Below are positions 52,763 through 64,000 of a stretch of 64,000 bases of DNA, piece by piece. This stretch comes from Desulfomonilia bacterium (GTDB lineage Bacteria > Desulfobacterota > Desulfomonilia > UBA1062). Numbering within the stretch: the stretch's first letter is position 1; every line of letters begins with the position of its first letter. The notes below the pieces were generated by a model. It saw nothing but the letters and a program-made list of their open reading frames with translations. It made no database searches and was not told where the DNA came from. The DNA lies in contig CAXXDQ010000004.1 in NCBI GenBank assembly GCA_963664325.2, positions 256,001 to 320,000 of the forward strand, given 5' to 3'. Made by a program: the position numbers and the translations under genes.

Positions 52763-53893
52763 TTGAAAGGAGTCCGTTTCGAACCGATAGGCTTTTACAA
52801 GGAATCCCTGATCAAGAGAATGAAGGAAAAAGGCCTCGATGCTGTTTTACTGACCACGCCTGAAAATGTAATGTATACTACCGGATACCCGTGCCTGCCC
52901 GGAAGCGGTAACCCTATTTTATTTGCGCTCAAAAACCAGTTCCCGTTTCTATCTTTTATTGAACTTGACGGCAAAGTTACCCTTGGCTGCTGGATCGGGG
53001 CGATACTGGGTGATGTAGAGTTTGAATGCGATCATATGGAACTCTGGGCCGACAGGTCAGGTGCAGAGGTTACGCTTAATAACTTTTTTCAGGCAAAAAA
53101 TCTTTCCGGAAAAAAAGTAGGCGTTGAATCAGGGATGCCCGTTTATCTGCGGGACATAATCATTAAAACCTCACCTGGTGTAGAACTGGAATACATTGAC
53201 AATGTTATGGATTCACTAAGGTTGATCAAATCCGATTATGAACTTGAAATGATCAGAAAGGCAACAATGATAGCAGAAACGACTGTGAAAGAACTGATCA
53301 GTGAAGTCATAAAGCCTGGCATTACCAGGCCGGAGCTGATTCAGGAGGCCAAGTGGCGCATGATTAGAAACGGGGCCACGGGAATCGGTCATGTTACCAT
53401 TTCATTCGGCACTTCAAACCCGGAGGTTTCAATCAATGAAACGCTGGGTACAGGACAGCTCGTTGCACTCGACCTTGGAGCTAGTTATTACGGCTATCTC
53501 TCGGACATAAGACGGCATGCCTTTACCGGGACAATCCCCGAAGGTCTGACCTTACTGCATAATAAAATGATTGGTATTGTGAATGAGGTGAGCAGGTATC
53601 TCGTCCCGGGAGCAACGGCCAAAGAAATATATGATATGGCCGTTAAAATTTATGAACGCGAAAGATTGGTCCCGCTTATTGTGACGGCCGGCCATTCAAT
53701 AGGCCTTATGACTGAAGAAGTCTGGCTTTATAACCTTAGCGATCTAGTGCTGAATCCCGGTATGGTGATTAATATCGAGTTGTATTACAGCTATGAAGAA
53801 GGAATAGAAATAGGCGATGAAGAAACATACATCATCACTGAAACCATACCTGAAAAGATAACTGTTCTGCCGGTGGATATAATAAGCGTATAA
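52763..53893 (+). CDS. M24 family (Xaa-Pro peptidase/creatinase-like) hydrolase
   Basis: LRLIKS..E, DLGA..GYLSD, GHSIGL, NIE and DEET metal ligands. An AGGAGG RBS favours TTG at 52763. Confidence 0.85.
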   Translation: MKGVRFEPIGFYKESLIKRMKEKGLDAVLLTTPENVMYTTGYPCLPGSGNPILFALKNQFPFLSFIELDGKVTLGCWIGAILGDVEFECDHMELWADRSGAEVTLNNFFQAKNLSGKKVGVESGMPVYLRDIIIKTSPGVELEYIDNVMDSLRLIKSDYELEMIRKATMIAETTVKELISEVIKPGITRPELIQEAKWRMIRNGATGIGHVTISFGTSNPEVSINETLGTGQLVALDLGASYYGYLSDIRRHAFTGTIPEGLTLLHNKMIGIVNEVSRYLVPGATAKEIYDMAVKIYERERLVPLIVTAGHSIGLMTEEVWLYNLSDLVLNPGMVINIELYYSYEEGIEIGDEETYIITETIPEKITVLPVDIISV

Positions 53894-53916
53894 GCACACC
53901 GGATTGGAGATATCCA

Positions 53917-54672
53917 GTGACACAGAAAAGCAAATCGGTTTTAAAAAAAGATCGCTCAGGAAATCAGGCAAAACCGTCTGAAACATATGCCAACGGAGAA
54001 GTCCTGCCGGAAAAGCTTGCCCAGAGGGTTCTGACGCTTATAAGAGAAAAAGGGCTTAAAGCCGGAGACAAGCTCCCTCCTGAAAGAGTGCTTTCGGCTA
54101 TTTTTAATGTGAGCAGGCCTTCGCTAAGAGAGGCTCTCCACGCCCTGAAGCTTATGAATATTATTGAAAACCGACAGGGTTCGGGGACCTTTGTCTCATC
54201 GCTTACCCCTGAAAAGCTTGTCGAGCACCTCGACATCGAGTTTGCCCTTGACGATTCCACTTATGCAAACCTGCTCCAGGCAAGAACCATTCTTGAAGCG
54301 GGAATGGTGGCCCTTGCTGCCGAAAATATCGATGAAAACGATATATGTGAAATCGAGCGCTGTCTTGATGAGGCCGTCAAGGTTATAGACGACCCCGAAA
54401 TATTCATGGCATGTGATATTGACTTGCATAGGCGTATTATGGAAGTTGCCGGAAACAGGATCATAAAGGCATTCATGCATTCAATAGACAGGATAAGCAT
54501 CTACAGCAGGCGGAGAACCGGTGATGACATGGAGGTTCGCAGGCAGGCCGTAAAAGACCACAGGGAGATCGTGACGGCCCTGAAGGCTCATGACCCCGAT
54601 GCGGCAAGAAAGGCCATGATCGCGCACCTTTCGCATGTAGGCAAAAAGTTCAATTTATTGAGCGTGTCATGA
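53917..54672 (+). CDS. FadR/GntR family transcriptional regulator
   Basis: GDKLPPER..VSRPSLREAL..GSGTFV wHTH followed by an FCD domain (DLHRRI..AGN, DHREI). Confidence 0.95.
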   Translation: MTQKSKSVLKKDRSGNQAKPSETYANGEVLPEKLAQRVLTLIREKGLKAGDKLPPERVLSAIFNVSRPSLREALHALKLMNIIENRQGSGTFVSSLTPEKLVEHLDIEFALDDSTYANLLQARTILEAGMVALAAENIDENDICEIERCLDEAVKVIDDPEIFMACDIDLHRRIMEVAGNRIIKAFMHSIDRISIYSRRRTGDDMEVRRQAVKDHREIVTALKAHDPDAARKAMIAHLSHVGKKFNLLSVS

Positions 54673-55842
54673 CTAGGAATGTTTCGGGCTGAATATCCTG
54701 CTTAAAATATTACCCTGAATCCTAATTGCCGCCTCCGGGCAGACTTCTATGCAGCAGAAACAGCGAATGCATGTATCATAGTTGAAGCGGGCAACTGTGC
54801 TGCCTTTGTCAATAGCCTGTGCCGAGCATATCTGTCTGCACTGATAACAGAGTGTGCATTTTCCTTCGATAGGCACAGGCCTTTCAACGGTCAGTCTTTT
54901 TATGAGGTTGTTGATCCTTTTAAATTTCTCCATCCTGACCTGGAAAGGCAGCGGTGCCGGTTCGAATTTATGAAGCTTGAGTTTGTTGAAGACATCCCGG
55001 TCAAATTCAATTTCATTAAAGCCTTTTTTCCCAAGGCCGCGCCCTGCAGCAATGGAGATTGTTTTAATCAGCTTAGGATTGAACCCGACCAGGCTTGCTG
55101 CAATAAAATCCGCTGCAACGGCATCTTCAGACACAATGACTGCACCGATTTCCCTTGGTTTTCCACCGGTGCTTGGGCCGTTTCCCTCCATGCCGACAAT
55201 GGCATCTATCAGGTGCACGATGCCTTTGGGCTTGAAGAATACCGAGCATACGGCCTCAAAATAGTCTACCAGAAAGTCGCAGAAGAGCTCCCTGGTATTG
55301 GCCTTTAAGTGCCACTGCGTTTTTGCCATTCCGGGTATCAGGCCGAAAAGGTTTTTCATGGCGCCTGTTATATAGGTAAGTCCGTGCGTCTTTAATTTTG
55401 GCAGATTGAAGATAAAATCGGTACCGGCAACACTTTTCATGATCTCGAAATGCCTGTATCTTAGGCCGTTATCATTTGTAACAGTCATGATGTCCTGTTC
55501 AAGGTCGACCTCGACGCATTCCTCCTTAACGACTTTATCATAGCCTGTTGTACGAAAGACTTTGGGAAGCGAGTGAATCGCCGGGGATTCTATAAGAACC
55601 GGCACCCCTCCGGCATCTTTTATTATTTGAACAGCTGCCCGGAAGAATTCCGGGTGGGTTACTATTGCCTGCTCCGGTTTGCTTGACAATAACAGATTGG
55701 GCTTCACTGCAACCTTTTTGCCCTTCAGCCGGGCAAGATCGAACCCGATTTCATTAAGGCCCTTATAAAGGTTATCTTTGATAAGGTTATTATCATAATG
55801 GCGTACTTCCCTTATCGAAACCCTGGACATATCTTCTCCCAT
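54673..55842 (-). CDS. DUF362 domain 4Fe-4S protein
   Basis: VKPNLL, THPE, NLPKLKTH..TGAMKNLFG, DAIVGMEGNGP and two C-terminal ferredoxin motifs. Confidence 0.9.
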   Translation of the reverse strand: MGEDMSRVSIREVRHYDNNLIKDNLYKGLNEIGFDLARLKGKKVAVKPNLLLSSKPEQAIVTHPEFFRAAVQIIKDAGGVPVLIESPAIHSLPKVFRTTGYDKVVKEECVEVDLEQDIMTVTNDNGLRYRHFEIMKSVAGTDFIFNLPKLKTHGLTYITGAMKNLFGLIPGMAKTQWHLKANTRELFCDFLVDYFEAVCSVFFKPKGIVHLIDAIVGMEGNGPSTGGKPREIGAVIVSEDAVAADFIAASLVGFNPKLIKTISIAAGRGLGKKGFNEIEFDRDVFNKLKLHKFEPAPLPFQVRMEKFKRINNLIKRLTVERPVPIEGKCTLCYQCRQICSAQAIDKGSTVARFNYDTCIRCFCCIEVCPEAAIRIQGNILSRIFSPKHS

Positions 55843-55846
55843 AAGG

Positions 55847-56926
55847 CTATACGCTGAACCTGATGTTTAAGACATCGCCGTCCTTGACAGTGTAAGTCTT
55901 CCCTTCCAGCCTTATCAGTCCCTTTTCCTTGAGGTGTTTTTCCGAACCGTGAGCCATTATTTCATCATAGGTGAAGCACTCCGCCCTTATGAAGCCCCTC
56001 GCCAGGTCTGAATGTATCGTGCCTGCGGCCTCCAGTGCTGTTTCACCTTTGTGTATGGTCCATGCCTTCACCTCATCAGGACCCACCGTAAAGAACGTGA
56101 TCAATCCCAGAACGTCATAGGCCATTTGGGTGAGCCTGTCTCTGGCTGAGGATTCAATACACATATCGTCCATGAACAATTTCGCCTCATCTGAACTCAG
56201 GCGGCAGAGTTCCATTTCAAACTCCCCTGCAAATTCTATTGCAGGGAAAATGTCCTTCAGCCCGGCAAGAATATTTTCATTTTTCCCGTAAGACATATCA
56301 TCGGAATTCAGAATAATCAGGGTGGGCTTGAGTGTCAGGAACTGGAAACCTCTGATTGACTTTAGCTCTTCAGGAGCAAACCCCGCCGGATCCGGCCTCT
56401 TGTTGTCATTCAGGTAGGCAAGCACCTTTACCAGCGTCGCCCTTTCGAGATCAAGGGCCGGGGTTTTGCCTCCCTTTTTATACTGCGTATCTATTCGCTC
56501 TATCCTCGTTTCAGCTATTATAAGATCAGACAGGATCATATCCGAAATCACGTTTTCCAGGTCTCTTACCGGGTCATGCCGGCCTATGGCGGCATCAAGC
56601 ATTTCATTGGCAAAATTCCTGAGGACGACGGCCAGGGCCTCGGAGGTTTTGATCAGACCGAGCTCGCTTGCCGTAAATGACTGTTTTTTATCCTCGTCTC
56701 TGGAAATGCCCACAAAATCCATGAATTCGATTGAGGCATGCGTGGTTTTCTTGGGATTAAAAATTGAGCTCAAACTGTCAACGCGCGTATCCGCCACCTC
56801 CACAACCGAGATATTCGGTTCCGGCTTTCCAGATGTGAATGCTCCGGTTTCAGCCTCAGAACGCGTGATTGCATTGAACACAGTTGTCTTTCCTGCTTTT
56901 GCCAATCCGATCAGTCCTATCTTCAT
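55847..56926 (-). CDS. ychF: Redox-regulated ATPase YchF
   Basis: GLAKAGKTT P-loop, FFTVGPDEVKAW, AGTIHSDLARGFIRAE and EGKTYTVKDGD. Confidence 0.93.
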   Translation of the reverse strand: MKIGLIGLAKAGKTTVFNAITRSEAETGAFTSGKPEPNISVVEVADTRVDSLSSIFNPKKTTHASIEFMDFVGISRDEDKKQSFTASELGLIKTSEALAVVLRNFANEMLDAAIGRHDPVRDLENVISDMILSDLIIAETRIERIDTQYKKGGKTPALDLERATLVKVLAYLNDNKRPDPAGFAPEELKSIRGFQFLTLKPTLIILNSDDMSYGKNENILAGLKDIFPAIEFAGEFEMELCRLSSDEAKLFMDDMCIESSARDRLTQMAYDVLGLITFFTVGPDEVKAWTIHKGETALEAAGTIHSDLARGFIRAECFTYDEIMAHGSEKHLKEKGLIRLEGKTYTVKDGDVLNIRFSV

Positions 56927-57092
56927 TACGCTATTTTACAACAATTCGGCTCTTATATAAAGCGGGTTTATACCGATGGATGAATGGACTGTTTACGTCA
57001 ATGAATTTAAACAGAGAAAAATATATGAAATGAATCGGTTGAGTTATATCCGGATTTTTCTTCTTCAGTTATTTCCTTCATGCGCCGATTAA

Positions 57093-57752
57093 TTGAGGGT
57101 AACCATGATTACGAAGAATCCATTTCCAGAGTTTGTAGGTTATGCAGCTCTCACCCCGGAAACTGCCCGCGGATTTGCGCTTTCCAGACAGGAATCGGCC
57201 TTGCTGGGTCCAAAGGCGGTAAAAAAGAGAAGGGATGAGTTTCTTCTGGGGCGGGCGGCATGCAATTCGGCACTCAAGTCAATCGGAATAGAGAATCCTG
57301 CGCCCATTCTCAAGGGTCCGGCCAGCGAACCGTTATGGCCCAAAGGCATTATAGGGGCGTTAAGCCACTGCCAGGGCATGGCGGTCTGTGCCGTATGCCA
57401 TGATGATAAACTTAAAGGCCTTGGCGTTGACATCGAAGAACTTTCCGGCGAAATGCCTCAGGATGTCATCAAGCTGGTCTGCACCAGGCAGGAAATGGAA
57501 TGGGTCAGCGGGGAGATTTATAAGATGAAGATGATTTTTTCCTCAAAGGAAGCGGCTTTTAAAGCCTTCTTCCCGTCCGTTAGAACGTATATGGATTTTA
57601 AAGATGCCGAACTTAAATGGAACGAGCAAAAATCCGTGTTTGATGCCAGGCTTTTGAAAGGTTATGAACCGTTTGAGCCGGGTTTTTCCTTTGAAGTGGG
57701 AAGCTTGATAGATTCACGCTATATCCTGAGCTACGTCATGCTTAAAATTTAA
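57093..57752 (+). CDS. 4'-phosphopantetheinyl transferase (EntD-like)
   Basis: KRRDEFLLGR, PLWPKGIIGALSH, GLGVDIE and FSSKEAAFKA. Confidence 0.9.
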   Translation: MRVTMITKNPFPEFVGYAALTPETARGFALSRQESALLGPKAVKKRRDEFLLGRAACNSALKSIGIENPAPILKGPASEPLWPKGIIGALSHCQGMAVCAVCHDDKLKGLGVDIEELSGEMPQDVIKLVCTRQEMEWVSGEIYKMKMIFSSKEAAFKAFFPSVRTYMDFKDAELKWNEQKSVFDARLLKGYEPFEPGFSFEVGSLIDSRYILSYVMLKI

Positions 57753-57761
57753 GCGCTATTC

Positions 57762-59240
57762 TCAGAATTTATCCACAAGCTCCTTCGGCCTGCCTATGCT
57801 TGACTTTATCTGTATGACCTTTCCGCTTACAGGGTCTTTGGGTATCATGTCCAGTACTTCGCCTTCGAAAGTCATCCTTCCTGCAAGGCCCTCGCGCTCC
57901 ATGTTGAATTCCATGATTTTCACAAGGTCCTCTGGTGTTATGGTGCCGGGCTTTTCAGGTACGATCCTGAAAACAGCCTTATCCCTTTCAACCTGATCTA
58001 TCTGATATTCCTTGAATCCCTGCATATTCAGGGCCGGTACAAGGAAGATATATGGATGGACCGGCTCATAGCCTCCGCCGGGTTTTGATATAAAGAGTAT
58101 CTCTTCGGTCCTCCCCTCAACTGCTTTTATTTTCGGGAGCCTGTTTCCGCATGTACAGCCATCCTGTTCCATGATGACGCGGTCGTTTACCTCATACCTG
58201 ATCATCGGCTGGGCATAAGTATAAAGATTGGTAACCAGCACCTTGTTGCTGGATTTCCCGGGGGCTACAGGCTTATAGTTCTCATCAACAGGTTCGAAAA
58301 TTACAAGGTCGCTGTTTATATGCATGCCCGAATGAAGCTCGCATTCCCGGGCCATAATAATGCTTTCGCATGCCCCGTAGGTATTCGTTACGTCGATGCC
58401 GAAGGCCTTCCTGACCATTTTCCGGGTTTTATCGCTAAGCGGCTCACTGATTGATATTATCGAGCATCTCGGGTCGTCGAATTTCAGCTTCAGTCTTCCG
58501 TCGAGCTGCTCGTAGGCAAGGTAGTTCAGGGAGCTCGGATATATCTGTATAACGTGCGGCTGAAATTCATTCAGCTGTTCCACAAGTTTGTCGATTGGTG
58601 TGAATATCGAGAAGAACCTGTTTTTCATGAGAGGATGGTCTTCAACCGTGCACACCCTGAAAGTGACCACAAAGCTTGCCGAGTGGCTGTTGATAAGCAT
58701 GATGTTGGCAATTTTGAGTGGTTTGTACACAATGGATTTCAGCAGTGTCAGGGGGTTTGCCGCGTCGTTGCTGCCCCTTGCCATCGCAACGGCAAACACG
58801 TTCCTGAACTCCTCCCAGAGATAGCCCATAATGGCTTTCTCGCCTGTCGTACCCGATGAGTTAAGAATTACAAAGTCGTTTTTATAATTGATTGATGCGT
58901 TCTCAGGTATTTTAAGATATTCAGTAAGGTCTTTTCTGTTAAGCCTTTTGTCGGTGACCAGCCTGTCATAATTGTCCATCATCCTTCTTTTGGTAAGGGT
59001 AGGCAGGTCGGTTATATCGCATGTATCGGTATTTATGCCTTTATAATATTCCCTGTAGAATTCCGAATTGGCAACGGCATGCTTGAGCAGCCTGCGGAAC
59101 TTCAGCTCTTGTATTTGCGCAATTTTATCAGCAGGAAGTTTCTGGTTTCTGTCGAATTCTTTCTTCACGCCGAGTGTCTTGATGACCTGTTTCGCATCGA
59201 TGGCGTATGACCTCATTTTCTCATATAAACTCATTTCCAT
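57762..59240 (-). CDS. Phenylacetate--CoA ligase-like (PaaK family) adenylating enzyme
   Basis: LPTLTK, SSGTTG, TYGACE, PMIRYEVND and VEGR. Confidence 0.85.
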   Translation of the reverse strand: MEMSLYEKMRSYAIDAKQVIKTLGVKKEFDRNQKLPADKIAQIQELKFRRLLKHAVANSEFYREYYKGINTDTCDITDLPTLTKRRMMDNYDRLVTDKRLNRKDLTEYLKIPENASINYKNDFVILNSSGTTGEKAIMGYLWEEFRNVFAVAMARGSNDAANPLTLLKSIVYKPLKIANIMLINSHSASFVVTFRVCTVEDHPLMKNRFFSIFTPIDKLVEQLNEFQPHVIQIYPSSLNYLAYEQLDGRLKLKFDDPRCSIISISEPLSDKTRKMVRKAFGIDVTNTYGACESIIMARECELHSGMHINSDLVIFEPVDENYKPVAPGKSSNKVLVTNLYTYAQPMIRYEVNDRVIMEQDGCTCGNRLPKIKAVEGRTEEILFISKPGGGYEPVHPYIFLVPALNMQGFKEYQIDQVERDKAVFRIVPEKPGTITPEDLVKIMEFNMEREGLAGRMTFEGEVLDMIPKDPVSGKVIQIKSSIGRPKELVDKF

Positions 59241-59332
59241 ATCAATACCCTGCCGATCTGTTTTGTTATCGTTGCATTATAGCACAATTAGCTGATAATC
59301 TCATGAAAAATATTCAAGGCGGAATATCAGCG

Positions 59333-59668
59333 ATGCGAAAACTGAAAGGATTTGAAAGGACTTACCTGCGGGGTCTGGCGCACAGCCTCAGGCCGGTTGT
59401 TCAGGTGGGCAGAGGAGGTCTTAGCGGAGAGGTTATGGCATCGATTGACGAAGCGCTTGCAGCAAGAGAGCTTATCAAGATTAAATTCAACGAGTTCAAG
59501 GAAGAAAAGAAAGCCTTCTCGAAAGAGATCGAAGAAGCCACCAAAAGCGAGATGGTGGGAATGATAGGCAATACAGCCGTATTTTTCAGAGAGCACCCGG
59601 ATGAGGCAAAACGCAGGGTCAGGCTGCCGGCCAGGGGGAAAAAGAGTGGATTACCAAAAGCCGGATGA
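59333..59668 (+). CDS. yhbY: YhbY/CRM-domain RNA-binding protein
   Basis: YLRGLAHSLRPVVQVGRGG...RELIKIK...IGNTAVFFR. Confidence 0.9.
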   Translation: MRKLKGFERTYLRGLAHSLRPVVQVGRGGLSGEVMASIDEALAARELIKIKFNEFKEEKKAFSKEIEEATKSEMVGMIGNTAVFFREHPDEAKRRVRLPARGKKSGLPKAG

Positions 59669-61061
59669 CAGAATTCTCGATGCCCTGAAGCGAATTGCCG
59701 GGCCTGGAAATGTCATAATAGAAGAGTCTCTGCTTGAACCATATTCCCATGATGAATTCGCAGAAAAGGAGATAAGACATTTCCCGTCATGCGTCGTCAG
59801 GCCTGGCAATACAGGCGAAGTAAGCGAAATCCTCAAGCTGGCCGGCAGCAATAAAATACCCGTGACCCCAAGAGGTGGAGGAACCGGCCTGTGCGGCGGC
59901 TGCGTGCCTTTTGCAGGCGGGATCGTGCTTTCGCTTGAGAGGATGAAACGCATACTCGAGATCGACACCGCCAACCTGATGGCTGTCGTCGAAGCCGGGG
60001 TCACGTTAAAGGAATTTTACGAAGCGATAGAAGGCAGCGGCCTTCTGTTCCCCCCTCATCCCGGGGATGAAGGGGCGCAGATAGGCGGCCTTATCGCCAC
60101 GAATGCCGGCGGGGCCCGCGCTGTAAAATACGGCGTGATAAGGAATTATGTTCGGGGGCTGGAGGTTGTCCTTGCCGATGGAAGGATAATCGAACCCGGC
60201 GGCAAGCTCATGAAAAGCTCCACCGGCTACAACCTGCTCAACCTGATGATTGGTTCTGAAGGCACGCTCGGCGTGGTTACAAAGGCAACCCTAAACCTTA
60301 CCCCTCCGCCGGGTGCAATGTTTACGCTGGTGGTCCCTTTTCCCACGATTACGGAAGCCATCAGGACCGTCCCCCTGATCCTGATGAACCGCATCATACC
60401 GATGGCCGTAGAGTTCATCGACAGAAAAGCAATTGCCGTAACCGAGCGCCACCTGAACAGAAAATGGCCGTACAGCGATGGCGAGGCGCATCTGATGTTC
60501 ATCGTGGATGCGCATGACAGGGACGGCCTGATCGGCCTTTCAAACAGGATTTCGGAAATATGCCTTTCACAGGGCGCGATCGATGTCTATGTGGCCGATG
60601 ACAGCGAAAAGCAGAAGAATGTGCTTGCGATCAGGAGCCTGATGTACGAGGCCATGCGGGACCACATGGTTGATATGCTTGATGTGTGCGTTCCAAGGGC
60701 GTCCATTGACGCATTTGTTACCGAGGTTCGTGAGACTGAGCAGTTGTTTAATGTCTGGCTCCCGACCTACGGGCATGCCGCTGACGGCAATGTCCATGTG
60801 CACCTCATGAAGGACAGCTGGGAGGGCGGAGTCTGGCTGGAGATACCGGGCTCGGCCAAAAAGGCCCATGAGATAAGGGACCGGCTGCATGAAGTTGGCA
60901 GGAGGCTTGGAGGGGTAGTATCAGGCGAGCACGGGATCGGCATTGTGAAGAAACAATACATGTCTTTATTCCTCGATGCGGCTCAGCTCGAGATCATGAA
61001 GGGGATAAAAAAGGTGTTCGATCCCAACGGGATCATGAACCCGGGCAAGGTCCTCCCCTGA
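59646..61061 (+). CDS. FAD-linked oxidase, GlcD/D-lactate dehydrogenase family
   Basis: PRGGGTGLCGG, GGLIATNAGG, GSEGTLG, GHAADGNVH, SGEHGIG and DPNGIMNPGK. Confidence 0.92.
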   Translation: MDYQKPDDRILDALKRIAGPGNVIIEESLLEPYSHDEFAEKEIRHFPSCVVRPGNTGEVSEILKLAGSNKIPVTPRGGGTGLCGGCVPFAGGIVLSLERMKRILEIDTANLMAVVEAGVTLKEFYEAIEGSGLLFPPHPGDEGAQIGGLIATNAGGARAVKYGVIRNYVRGLEVVLADGRIIEPGGKLMKSSTGYNLLNLMIGSEGTLGVVTKATLNLTPPPGAMFTLVVPFPTITEAIRTVPLILMNRIIPMAVEFIDRKAIAVTERHLNRKWPYSDGEAHLMFIVDAHDRDGLIGLSNRISEICLSQGAIDVYVADDSEKQKNVLAIRSLMYEAMRDHMVDMLDVCVPRASIDAFVTEVRETEQLFNVWLPTYGHAADGNVHVHLMKDSWEGGVWLEIPGSAKKAHEIRDRLHEVGRRLGGVVSGEHGIGIVKKQYMSLFLDAAQLEIMKGIKKVFDPNGIMNPGKVLP

Positions 61062-61129
61062 AGCAAGCTGTGTCTTGACGCCATGAGTAAAATGCCGATA
61101 GAAAAATATAAAAACTTTCAGAGGAAAAT

Positions 61130-62353
61130 ATGATAAAAGTTAATGAAAATTACCTGAAGCTTCAGTCTTCATACCTGTTTTCCGAGATTGCAAGGCGCGT
61201 TACCGCATTTCAAAAGGAGAATCCGGCAAAGGAGATCATCCGTCTCGGCATCGGCGATGTTACCAGGGCTTTGCCGCAGGTGTGCATTGAGGCCTTTCAC
61301 AAGGCGACGGATGAAATGTCTTATGATGAGAGTTTTCGCGGCTACGGCCCGGAGCAGGGATATGACTTCCTGCGCGAGGCGATTGCAAGAGAGGATTTCA
61401 GGGCAAGGGGTGCGGATATCAATGCGGACGAGGTCTTTGTAAGCGATGGTGCCAAATGCGATACCGGAAATATTCAGGAGCTGTTTTCAAACGATTGCCG
61501 TGTAGCCATTCCCGACCCGGTTTATCCGGTCTATATCGACACCAATGTAATGGCGGGCCGGACCGGAAATTATAACGACGGCCGTTATGAAGGGGTTGTC
61601 TACCTCGATTGCACTCGGGAAAACCACTTTGTGCCGGACCTGCCCAAAGAGACAGTCGACCTTATTTACCTGTGCTTTCCGAATAATCCTACTGGTGCGA
61701 CCATTTCCAGGGCCGAGCTTGAAAAGTGGGTCGAGTATGCGAAGAAAAACAAGGCGCTGATTATATATGATGCGGCTTATGAGGCATTCATACGTGACCC
61801 TGAACTGCCCAGAAGCATATTCGAGATACAAGGCGCCCGCGAGGTGGCGATAGAGTCCCGCAGCTATTCGAAGACCGCCGGTTTCACCGGGACGCGCTGC
61901 GCCTATACCGTTATCCCGAAAGAATGCATGGTCTATGATGCAGCCGGGAATAAACACCCCCTGCACGGATTCTGGAACAGGCGCCATACGACCAAGTTCA
62001 ACGGCGTGAGCTACCCGGTGCAGCGTGCGGCAGAGTCTATTTATTCGGAAGAAGGCAAAAAACAGGTGCGCGAACTGAGCGAGTATTACATGGAAAACGC
62101 AAAGCTCATCAGGCGGGTATTGACCGGGCTGGGCTTTGCCTGCACGGGAGGCGAAAACTCACCTTACATATGGATAGACAGCGGCAGGGATTCCTGGGAA
62201 TTCTTCAGCATGCTGCTTACCCGGGCGGGCGTCGTGACTACGCCCGGGGCCGGCTTCGGACGCTGCGGCCAGGGCTTTATCCGCGTAAGCGCATTCAATT
62301 CAAAGGAAAATGTGGAAAAGGCGCTGGCCAGGATCGAGGAAGCCCTGAAATAA
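61130..62353 (+). CDS. dapL: LL-diaminopimelate aminotransferase
   Basis: SYLF, LGIGDVT, GYGPEQG, SDGAKCD, CFPNNPTG and SYSKTAGFTGTRC. Confidence 0.96.
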   Translation: MIKVNENYLKLQSSYLFSEIARRVTAFQKENPAKEIIRLGIGDVTRALPQVCIEAFHKATDEMSYDESFRGYGPEQGYDFLREAIAREDFRARGADINADEVFVSDGAKCDTGNIQELFSNDCRVAIPDPVYPVYIDTNVMAGRTGNYNDGRYEGVVYLDCTRENHFVPDLPKETVDLIYLCFPNNPTGATISRAELEKWVEYAKKNKALIIYDAAYEAFIRDPELPRSIFEIQGAREVAIESRSYSKTAGFTGTRCAYTVIPKECMVYDAAGNKHPLHGFWNRRHTTKFNGVSYPVQRAAESIYSEEGKKQVRELSEYYMENAKLIRRVLTGLGFACTGGENSPYIWIDSGRDSWEFFSMLLTRAGVVTTPGAGFGRCGQGFIRVSAFNSKENVEKALARIEEALK

Positions 62354-62437
62354 TCCTTATGCCAGCCCATGGACGCTTCGAAGATCTGCCGGTTTGGAAC
62401 TAAGACATAAACCGTTACAGGATAAAGGAGGTGTAAA

Positions 62438-64000
<1,563 letters not shown>

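Noticed and set aside
57093-59240. PPTase plus adenylating enzyme as a secondary-metabolite cluster
   Set aside because: The genes are convergent, and no carrier protein, NRPS or PKS is present in the window.

Overview
Bacterial chromosomal window. Gene content (DUF1329/DUF1302 cassettes, AOR, DUF362, CFI-box lipoprotein, dapL) suggests an anaerobic Desulfobacterota/deltaproteobacterium; this is inference. The first ~9.3 kb is a minus-strand type III-A-like CRISPR-Cas locus: cas6-cas10-csm2-csm3-csm4-[PD-(D/E)XK nuclease]-[CARF + nucleoside-deoxyribosyltransferase/TIR-like effector]-leader-10-repeat array-cas1 3' remnant-cas2-duplicate leader-second array running off the left edge. It is unusual in several ways. 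Cas10 keeps the GGDD cyclase motif but has lost the HD nuclease core. There is no csm5, and a sensor-less restriction-endonuclease-like gene occupies its slot. The only CARF protein carries an N-glycosidase-like output domain that I do not recognise among characterised CARF effectors. One spacer translates to a CheY-like phospho-acceptor motif. The rest of the window is metabolic and housekeeping: an amino-acid/amide catabolic cluster, a Cys-less thiolase/DUF35 pair, two tRNA-Ser genes with serS, PBP1b, ychF, dapL and pgm. It also holds a DUF1329-YCF48-RND-DUF1302-AOR operon containing a 1277-aa four-domain fusion (FGGY kinase / 2-hydroxyacid dehydrogenase / SCP2 / class II aldolase), apparently under a FadR-type operator. 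All annotations come from reading motifs by eye; no database searches were run.
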